Of a stretch of DNA of 30,585 nt, positions 1 to 7,900 are shown piece after piece; within the stretch, counting starts at the first letter, position 1, and every line of letters begins with the position of its first letter. The translations under genes and the position numbers were made by a program. Under the pieces are notes generated by a model. It was not told the origin of the DNA, ran no database searches, and saw only the letters and a program-made list of their open reading frames with translations. The stretch comes from a virus (taxonomy: Duplodnaviria > Caudoviricetes). The stretch is taken from positions 1-30,585 of the IMG/VR virus record IMGVR_UViG_3300032266_001365; one strand, written 5' to 3'.

Positions 1-66
1 ACAGTATATAAATGGTACCTAGAATCTGATTCATCAGCAGACTACATTGTACTAACAGCAATTTAA
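1..66 (+). CDS. 3' end of an upstream gene (partial; ...TVYKWYLESDSSADYIVLTAI*), probable phage structural protein
   Basis: Frame 1 is open from base 1 to TAA at 64-66, followed by AGGA SD and the ATG at 80. Confidence 0.6.
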   Translation, partial: TVYKWYLESDSSADYIVLTAI

Positions 67-79
67 TTTAGGATAGCAC

Positions 80-1057
80 ATGGGACAGTTTCTTCAAGTC
101 AACGGGGACTACAACATCAAAACTGCCGAAGGTGCCAGTATCACCCTTGATACTGGCGCAGGAATCGGAGATGTTCGCGTTACAGGTAATTTAATAGTCG
201 ACGGCGACACATTAACTGTCTCTACTGAAAATCTACAGGTTCAGGATAATATCATAACTCTTAACTACGGAGAAACCGGAACAGGAGTTAGTTTAATATA
301 TTCTGGTGTCGAAGTAGATCGAGGCAGTCTAGATAATACTGCGTTTGTTTATAACGAATTAGATGGTTCGTGGGGAATTGCTAACGGAACTGTATCATCT
401 GGATATAATTTTTCCGACAGTAGATTAAAACTTCGATACATATTAACAGATTCAAACGTTGACTCTGGAGATTTGACATTGATCGGGCAAGGCACTGGGG
501 TTATAAAAGTACTAGGTACTCTTAACTACGAAGATCAAGTCACAGACGATGACGATATTCCTAACAGAAAATTTGTGGTCGATGCTATTCAGAATCAACC
601 CGCAAGACAGATCATTTCAGATGCTAATACTCCTGCAAATCCAACAGGTACAGCCACTCGAGTAATTGCCAGTGATGTTGATGCGGGCGATCGAGGATAC
701 GATAATATTCTAGTAACTGAATCCGAAGTTGCAATTGTAATTGACGACACACCAAATGCATTCTTCTATATTGATCGAGCTAAAATTCAAAATTTGACTA
801 TTAGTGATTATACAATTACAGCAGACGACAGCAATCAAAATATTTCTTTTGTAACCAGTGGTACCGGAAAATTAAAAACAAACAAGGGATTAGAGTTAGT
901 AACAGTTGGTTCGATACCTGCTAGCACAGCCGGATCAGTGCATTTATACTCTTCATCTGCTGGCGTAGGTAGTACTGGATTATATTTTGTAAACACCATT
1001 AAAAACGACGAGCTGATAAGCAAAAGTAAAGCTCTTGTTTTTAGCATGATATTTTAA
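80..1057 (+). CDS. Phage virion structural / tail-fibre-associated protein (325 aa)
   Basis: AGGA SD; GNLxVxG...DNIIxLN...SGxExDRG beta-repeat motif typical of phage fibre proteins; DDDIPNRKFV motif; hydrophobic C-terminus ALVFSMIF. Confidence 0.7.
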   Translation: MGQFLQVNGDYNIKTAEGASITLDTGAGIGDVRVTGNLIVDGDTLTVSTENLQVQDNIITLNYGETGTGVSLIYSGVEVDRGSLDNTAFVYNELDGSWGIANGTVSSGYNFSDSRLKLRYILTDSNVDSGDLTLIGQGTGVIKVLGTLNYEDQVTDDDDIPNRKFVVDAIQNQPARQIISDANTPANPTGTATRVIASDVDAGDRGYDNILVTESEVAIVIDDTPNAFFYIDRAKIQNLTISDYTITADDSNQNISFVTSGTGKLKTNKGLELVTVGSIPASTAGSVHLYSSSAGVGSTGLYFVNTIKNDELISKSKALVFSMIF

Positions 1058-1068
1058 GAGATAAAAAA

Positions 1069-1452
1069 ATGATATATAGTACACGACTAACAACTTCAGG
1101 TGACACCTTAGTGTTTACCAGTACCAGTACAGGAGCTCCAGTTGCTGGTTCAGTGATTGCCCAGGATAATGCTATCACAAACATCATAGTCTGTAACACA
1201 GCTACGCCCAATCTAACAGATGAGACTATTAATAGTTGTACATTGACTTTAAATTTAGTAGCAGCTGGAGGAATCAGTTCAGATACCAATACCATTGTTA
1301 AAAATTTGATTGTGCCTGCAGGAGAAACAGTATTTTTCAGTGATGAAAGAATCGTTTTAAAGGGAAGTGTTGCCTATGGTACTGATCAAATTCGTGCTAA
1401 AGCCAGCGTTGGAAACTTGTTAAGTATTACAGTGAGTGCATTACCGGTATGA
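1069..1452 (+). CDS. Small phage structural protein (127 aa), same family as 4198 and 18776
   Basis: Shared pattern IxxCN...VPxxxT...ExIxL..G..IxA/V with the 4198 and 18776 products; follows a fibre gene with a hydrophobic C-terminus. Confidence 0.65.
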   Translation: MIYSTRLTTSGDTLVFTSTSTGAPVAGSVIAQDNAITNIIVCNTATPNLTDETINSCTLTLNLVAAGGISSDTNTIVKNLIVPAGETVFFSDERIVLKGSVAYGTDQIRAKASVGNLLSITVSALPV

Positions 1453-1949
1453 GATTCTTAAAACAAAAAACTATCAGTAAGTATAGTCCAAGTGATCAAA
1501 CCTTATTCACTAATCATTATGGTCGCGCAGTTATGGAACTATCTGGCGGTTTAAGATTACCTAAAGGTACTACAAGTCAGCGTCCTAATCTCAGCGGAGT
1601 TAGAACCGCCGGGGGAGCAAATGGTTTTATGAGATATAATACTACTACCAACTCTATAGAAGCATACATAGACGGAGTTTGGGAAGTTGTTAGGGCACCT
1701 GGGTCTACTACAATTACTAAACAAACATTGGGGCCTGGGGATTACTCTACGGTAAGATTTGGTCCATTAACTCAAGTTCCAAGCTCTGATAATAATATTT
1801 TAGTATTCATAGAAAACGTTTTTCAAATATCAGTTACTAATTACACTCTTCTGTATAATTATCTAGGTTCAGGCAATACCTATATCGAATTTACTAGTCC
1901 GCCTCCTTCGGACAAATATATTACTATCTATTTTGGGTTTGCAAACTAA
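1449..1949 (+). CDS. Phage baseplate/tail-fibre-associated protein (166 aa)
   Basis: ATGA overlap with the upstream stop; LxLPxGTTxQRP...GxxRYNT...ExY..GxW motif; C-terminal VFIENVFQ...Y...IxFxSPP domain common in T4-like baseplate proteins. Confidence 0.7.
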   Translation: MRFLKQKTISKYSPSDQTLFTNHYGRAVMELSGGLRLPKGTTSQRPNLSGVRTAGGANGFMRYNTTTNSIEAYIDGVWEVVRAPGSTTITKQTLGPGDYSTVRFGPLTQVPSSDNNILVFIENVFQISVTNYTLLYNYLGSGNTYIEFTSPPPSDKYITIYFGFAN

Positions 1950-3016
1950 TGAGTCAATTGGGGCGAATTTCAGGACCGTTACTCAAAGATAATCTCACTA
2001 GAGACAGTGTAGATCTCGCCTTTGACACTGACCTACTATATCTTGATGTACAGCCCGGAACAGAAAAAATTGGTATTAATTCTGATGCACCTGTGCGAGA
2101 TCTAACCGTTGTAGGGAAATCTAAAATTGCAGGCAATTTTTTAGCCACAGGCACAACCGCTACTGTGAGTAGTTTAATCATTAACTCTACCAATACTATT
2201 TCTTCTGTAAGTGGTCCGATAATTATCGAACCTACTGGTGCTGACGCTTATGTAGAGTACGGTGATGTTATTGCTGCTAATCTTAGGATCAAAGACAATT
2301 TTATCACAGCACAGAATCTCAATGGAAGTATAAATTTTGATCCTAGCGGTACTGGCAGTGTAATATATAATTCAAATACTGTTATTAATGGTAATTTACA
2401 AGTAGATCAAAATATTCGATCTCGCTCAAATGTACAGCTAAATGGAGTTTTTACTGTAGGAAATAACAGAATTGATCGAGTAACTGTAAATCCAGACTTT
2501 ACTCAGTCTATTATTCCGGGCACAACACTATCTTACGATCTTGGTAGTAATACACGTCGTTGGGAAAATTTTTGGCTAACAGGCAGTTTTGTCGCCGGAA
2601 CTGTTTCTATTACAACTCTAAATATCAGTGATCAATTAAGATTTACCGGAAATACTATTTCTTCAACTCAGAGTAATGATTCTATATCATTAGTATCGTC
2701 TACTGGAAATATTAACATTGAACGATTGAAATTCAACAACGGTGATATTACTAATCTAAATAATTCAAATATCACTTTCAAATTTACCGGTCAAGGATTT
2801 TTAACAGTCAACGACACTAATGCAATGCTGATTCCGGTTGGAAATAATAGTCAACGTGTAGGAGTCGAGCTTGGCGAGACTCGCTGGAATCGCCAACTAG
2901 GCTACATGGAGTGTTTTGACGGCACTGTGTGGCAAGTGGCCACTGGCGGCGGCGCCGTAATAACTCCGGTCGTCATGCAAGAACTTGGTCACGTTTATAC
3001 CCTCATCTTTGGTTAA
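1949..3016 (+). CDS. Tail-fibre-like structural protein (355 aa), paralogue of 3138
   Basis: TAATG overlap; N-terminus GRISGPLLKxNLxRDxVDLAFxTDLLYLDV; YDLGSxxxRW motif; C-terminal IPVG...QR...GxxRxN...DGxxW. Confidence 0.75.
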   Translation: MSQLGRISGPLLKDNLTRDSVDLAFDTDLLYLDVQPGTEKIGINSDAPVRDLTVVGKSKIAGNFLATGTTATVSSLIINSTNTISSVSGPIIIEPTGADAYVEYGDVIAANLRIKDNFITAQNLNGSINFDPSGTGSVIYNSNTVINGNLQVDQNIRSRSNVQLNGVFTVGNNRIDRVTVNPDFTQSIIPGTTLSYDLGSNTRRWENFWLTGSFVAGTVSITTLNISDQLRFTGNTISSTQSNDSISLVSSTGNINIERLKFNNGDITNLNNSNITFKFTGQGFLTVNDTNAMLIPVGNNSQRVGVELGETRWNRQLGYMECFDGTVWQVATGGGAVITPVVMQELGHVYTLIFG

Positions 3017-3028
3017 ATCCTTATTTGA

Positions 3029-3036
3029 TATAAATA
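3029..3036 (+). promoter_or_regulatory. T4-type late promoter (TATAAATA)
   Basis: Exact T4 gp55 late-promoter consensus in an intergenic gap upstream of a structural gene. Confidence 0.75.
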
Positions 3037-3038
3037 CA

Positions 3039-3132
3039 TTTGATTACGAGAAACGACCATTTCTCGTATGGTCAAACTGTGGTAAACCCGCAATGTAAGG
3101 TGGTTAACCGTGAAACACGGGGTAATGAGGAG
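3039..3132 (+). ncRNA. Candidate structured cis-regulatory 5' leader RNA
   Basis: Three hairpins: TACGAGAAA/TTTCTCGTA (3045-3068), TGTGG/CCGCA (3078-3092), CCGTG/CACGG (3108-3120), then SD GAGGAG at 3127-3132; the 121-nt gap is the longest in the window. Confidence 0.5.
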
Positions 3133-3137
3133 AGCGA

Positions 3138-4193
3138 ATGGCTATTGGTCGAATTTCAGGTCCGCTCTTAAAGTCAAATCTGCTTCGTGATGGAGTCGAT
3201 TTAGCCTTTGAGACCGACCTTCTTTATCTTGATGTTGTAAATCGCCGAATTGGTATTAATTCTGCTGCTCCTCAATACGCTCTAGACGTTGTTGGTACTT
3301 CTCGTACTACCAACCTTGAAGTTACTGGATTTTTTGACATTGGTAATTTTACCATATCCGGTAATACAATAAATTCAGATCAAAAAACAATAAATTTCGT
3401 AGCCAGTGGCGGTGAAGCCACAGTTTATCATTCTAGATTAATAGTAAATGACATAGAACTCAACGGTAATGTTATATCCACAGCCGGTGCCACTAATGCT
3501 GACATAGAACTAAGACCCAACGGCACAGGGAAAACAACGATCTTTAGTGATTCACGAATTACTGGAAATCTCGATGTCACTGGCAATATCACAGCCACTG
3601 GTAACATAACTATAGATGGTAATTTAATCATTGGCGACTCGTTGTCGGATACTATCACAATTAATGCAAGTATTGCCAGCGATCTAATCCCAGAGACTAA
3701 TAATACCTACGACATAGGTAGTTCGAGTTTTAGATGGAGAAATTTATATGCTGGATCTGTTAATGCAGATACAATTAGTCTAAACACATTCAATATTGGT
3801 AATATGATATTTGCCAATAATCAAATTTCTTCTAACCCAGGTTATGATCTTGTTTTAGATGCCAGCGGCACCGGTGTTGTACGAATTGGAAATTTTGCAA
3901 TTCTTGACAACATCATAACAAACACAGTTAACAATAGCATAACAACAATTAAACAAAGTGGATCTGGTTTTTTCAAAATTGAAGGAACTAATGCGTTTAT
4001 TCCGCCTAAAGGAAATTCCAGCCAAAGACCAACTGCATATGCTATAGAAGGCATGATGCGATATAACACAGATTCTAGAGCATTAGAACTATGGGACGGA
4101 TCAACGTGGGCGTCGCCTGCTGGTACTATAGGAGCTGTATCAGAAGGCACGGCCAACGATATTGCTATTAGATTTGCACTAACGATAGGATAA
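3138..4193 (+). CDS. Tail-fibre-like structural protein (351 aa), paralogue of 1949
   Basis: Strong SD GAGGAG; N-terminus nearly the same as 1949; RIGINxxxPxYxLDVxG; GNLxVxGNI repeats; YDIGSxxxRW; C-terminal PxGxxxQRP...GMMRYNT. Confidence 0.8.
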   Translation: MAIGRISGPLLKSNLLRDGVDLAFETDLLYLDVVNRRIGINSAAPQYALDVVGTSRTTNLEVTGFFDIGNFTISGNTINSDQKTINFVASGGEATVYHSRLIVNDIELNGNVISTAGATNADIELRPNGTGKTTIFSDSRITGNLDVTGNITATGNITIDGNLIIGDSLSDTITINASIASDLIPETNNTYDIGSSSFRWRNLYAGSVNADTISLNTFNIGNMIFANNQISSNPGYDLVLDASGTGVVRIGNFAILDNIITNTVNNSITTIKQSGSGFFKIEGTNAFIPPKGNSSQRPTAYAIEGMMRYNTDSRALELWDGSTWASPAGTIGAVSEGTANDIAIRFALTIG

Positions 4194-4197
4194 TATT

Positions 4198-4530
4198 ATG
4201 CCAACCCAATTTAGAAACTCAGTAGAAACAGGAATCGGAATTACTCCAGTTGATGTTGTTAGCACACCAGAAGGGTTTAGAACCACTGTGATCGGTTGCA
4301 ATCTAGCTAATTCTACAGATTATGACACAGTTAATGTTAGTGTTATAGTTGTAGATTCTAGTAGCACTGAAGCATATTATATTAAAGGGCTAACAATTCC
4401 TCCTAATACTGCTGCTAAAATAGTAACTAACGGTGAAAAATTGATTCTGCCAGAGGGGCATATACTAAGAGTGGTCAGCGATACCGCCGATAGCATAGAT
4501 GCTACAGTGAGTTTTGTTGAAATTTCTTAA
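4198..4530 (+). CDS. Small phage structural protein (110 aa)
   Basis: TTVIGCNLAN...IPP...GEKLIL...SFVEI pattern; related to 1069 and 18776. Confidence 0.7.
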   Translation: MPTQFRNSVETGIGITPVDVVSTPEGFRTTVIGCNLANSTDYDTVNVSVIVVDSSSTEAYYIKGLTIPPNTAAKIVTNGEKLILPEGHILRVVSDTADSIDATVSFVEIS

Positions 4531-4540
4531 AGGATAATAT

Positions 4541-4912
4541 ATGTCAAACAGCAACTTTTATCTAGGTCAAGATCCAGAACAGAGTCTTGGAGGTGCTCCG
4601 AGATTTTTCTATGGTTTGAGAAAAAATGAAAATGGTAGCATTTTCTTAGTAAGAAGTGATCAAATCAAAGGCAGAGATTCGATTGAAGTTAATATTCCGG
4701 GGGAGGATATTGGAAATTATAATGATTTCGAAAACGGAGTCGACTTCTACGAAGGAATTGATATTAACCATAACACAGTGTTTGAAAATTTGAAATATCA
4801 ACAGTATCGTTGGGACGATAGACCAATTTTTTATTACATCGACGCCGAAGGACAGTTAGTTGTCAAAATAAATAACGGACACAACTACAACGACCTTGAC
4901 TCAGAAGATTAA
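4541..4912 (+). CDS. Hypothetical phage protein (123 aa), probably virion-associated
   Basis: AAGGA SD; clean ORF inside a structural operon; acidic and aromatic-rich; no function recognised. Confidence 0.65.
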   Translation: MSNSNFYLGQDPEQSLGGAPRFFYGLRKNENGSIFLVRSDQIKGRDSIEVNIPGEDIGNYNDFENGVDFYEGIDINHNTVFENLKYQQYRWDDRPIFYYIDAEGQLVVKINNGHNYNDLDSED

Positions 4913-4926
4913 GATTAGGATTAATT

Positions 4927-7900
4927 ATGCCAGAATTTAAACTTAGTAGACTACGATACAACTGGAAAGGGCAATGGACCGCCGGAGTCGAATATTTCAA
5001 AGACGATATCGTCAATAGCGGCGGCAAAGTTTATGTTGCCATTGCTCAACACATTGCAGATTCCGATTTTTATAACGATTTAAATTTTTTAAATAACGAA
5101 ATTCCGCCGTCTTTGGCTCCTCGATGGGTATTAATGATTGACGCAGTGAGTTGGCAAGGACCTTGGACTGAAAACACCTACTACAATTTAGGAGACCTTG
5201 TTAAAGTCGGGGCTGTTGTTTATCTTTGTATAGAACCACACACTTCAGTAGAAATTGAAGAAAATTTTGTAGACGATTATTCCGATAATTACTGGGTTAT
5301 TTACAGCCTCACACAGAAATGGAAAAATCAATGGATGCCTTCGAAAGTCTATAGCATCGGTGATGTTGTAGTATACAGCGGTAATGTTTACAAATGCGTC
5401 CAGTTTCATACTTCTGCATCGACTTATGCTTCTGGGATAATTTCAGACCTTGCCAAGTGGCAATTGTTATTTTTTAATAACATTTGGAAAGGAAATTGGT
5501 CTACCAGTACCGTATACTATCAACGTGATATAGTGAAATACGGTGGAACAGTTTACAGATGTTTAGAACAACATGTATCAACAGGATTTATATCTCAAGG
5601 TCTTGAGTATGATCAATCAAAATGGTTTGTTGAATTTGAGGGGATTGAATTTGCGGGAGAATGGTCTCAAGGTGAATTTTATCATATAGGTGATGTTGTA
5701 AAATACGGTAGTTATCTTTATAAGTGTATAAACCCGCATTCTATAAACAGCGGCGAATTTTTTAACTCAATGTTCTGGCAGGTATATTGCCCTGGCGAAG
5801 AATTTGATGTATCTTGGAACAATAGTAGTTTATATCAACCCGGAGATATTGTAAACTACGGTGGTTATTTGTTCGTTAGTAATACGTCTAACATAAATTC
5901 TCAACCTTCACCTGATAGCAACGGTTCAGTCAATGACTGGTCTATATTGTTTGTTAATACAAGGATCATGGGGGAATGGTATTCTCAAGGCAGTTATCAA
6001 GTAGGAGACATTGTTAGAAGGCAAGGTCAGCTATATGTAGCTAAGAGAGATTCTCAATCAGAAGATGTTGATGTTGCCGACGACGGCAGCACAATCAACA
6101 ACGAATTTTGGGAATTAGTTATTCCCGGATCCAAATGGAAAGGCCAATGGGCTCCATTTATAACCTATGTCACAGGGGATTTGATACTATATAAATCTGG
6201 ATCTTATCGATGCGTAGGAAAACACAGATCGATTTACGGAAATAGACCCGGTGATGAAGCTGGTCTATACTGGGAAAAATACACATATGCTAGTGATCGG
6301 AATGTTTTAGAATTTGCTGGCGATATAAAGACCTATGGACTAACAGTCGACGGCAGTACTATAGGAGTTAAAAGTCTTCCTGCAGGCCCAGAGGGATCGG
6401 TGATTCAATCAGTTAACAGCTCAGTTAGCTATACACAGTTTAATGCATCAACTAAAGTTTATTATGTATCCACTCTAGGAACAGATAAGGTTGGCATTGG
6501 TACAAGCATGAATTCGCCGTGGAGAACTATTAGATACGCATTAGAAAATATCACTGGTCCAGCTACTGTTTTTGTTAAAGCGGGAACTTATGAAGAAATC
6601 TTACCATTGCATGTTCCTGCATTTGTAGCAATTGTAGGCGACGAACTTAGAAGCACTATAATAAAACCTCAAATTAATAGATATTCAACTGCAGATTTTT
6701 CAGCTATGATAGATACATTTGATTATCTACAGGCCAACCTTAGATATATTATATTGGGTCAACAGATCGGAACTGAAAATTTAGCATCTCCGGCGTATGG
6801 TACTGATTTATATGGCATTATACCTCAGAATTTAACAGCACCGTACGGCACTTCCTCGGAAGTAACTGAAACATTAACATTTCTGCAGCAGATGAGAGCT
6901 CGATTAGTGACCAATACACAAACCACTATCAATGCTACAAATAACATTACCTCTACAGTTTCGAGGTTGCAGGCAGCAACAATTATAGAAAACAATATAA
7001 CATTTTTAATCAATGAAACGAGAGGATTTCTTAGAGCGTTGAAACCAACTTACAGCATTCATCAATACTTTGACGGCGATGTATTGAGGATTCTCAAAGC
7101 TCTTGCTTATGATTTGAGATATCCAGGAAATTATCTATCAGCTAGAACTGGCGAGTATCTCTATCATGCAAAAACTGGTTCAGTGAATAAGATACAAAAC
7201 ATGTTTTTAATGCAGGACGGCACAGGTCTGCGCAACTGCACACTCGTAGGGTTAGATGGTACATTAGGGACTAGACAACCGTCATTAACTAAACGCCCAA
7301 CCGCCGGAGCATATACTAGCCTAGATCCAGGATGGGGCCCTAATGATAACACAGTATGGGTAGGGACCAAATCTCCTTATATACAGAATGTTACCACTTT
7401 TGGAACCGGATGTGTAGGATTAAAAATCGACGGTGATCTGCATGCCGGGGGCAATCAAACCATAGTTTCTAATGACTTTACACAAGTATTAAGTGATGGT
7501 ATAGGAATATGGTGTAACGGCACCGGAAGAACTGAAGCAGTGTCTGTGTTCACGTACTATAATCATATCGGTTATCTATCCACTAACGGAGGTAGAATCA
7601 GGGGCACTAATGGTAATTGCTCTTACGGCAGTTATGGAGCTTCTGCGGAAGGTTTTAGTCTAGACGAAACACCAATCACAGCTACCGTAAATAACAGATA
7701 CTATGATGCCACAGTGGATTCGGCATTGACTTCGACCACAGGAGCCATACAGAAATTCTTCTTCAGTCATACAGGTCAAAATTATACATCGGCTATATTT
7801 AATATATCAGGAGCTGGCCAATCTGCACAGGCAGTCGGCGATGAGATCAGAAATGGAGCAATTTCAGAAGTTCGAATAATTGATGCAGGAGATTCTACCA

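Noticed and set aside
3045-3073. H-type pseudoknot with both stems fully formed
   Set aside because: There is no linker to span the 9-bp stem; it is treated as alternative folds unless stem 1 shortens
3070-3126. Firm call as c-di-GMP-I riboswitch or hammerhead ribozyme
   Set aside because: Only scattered word similarity; no GNRA loop/receptor pair and no CUGANGA core
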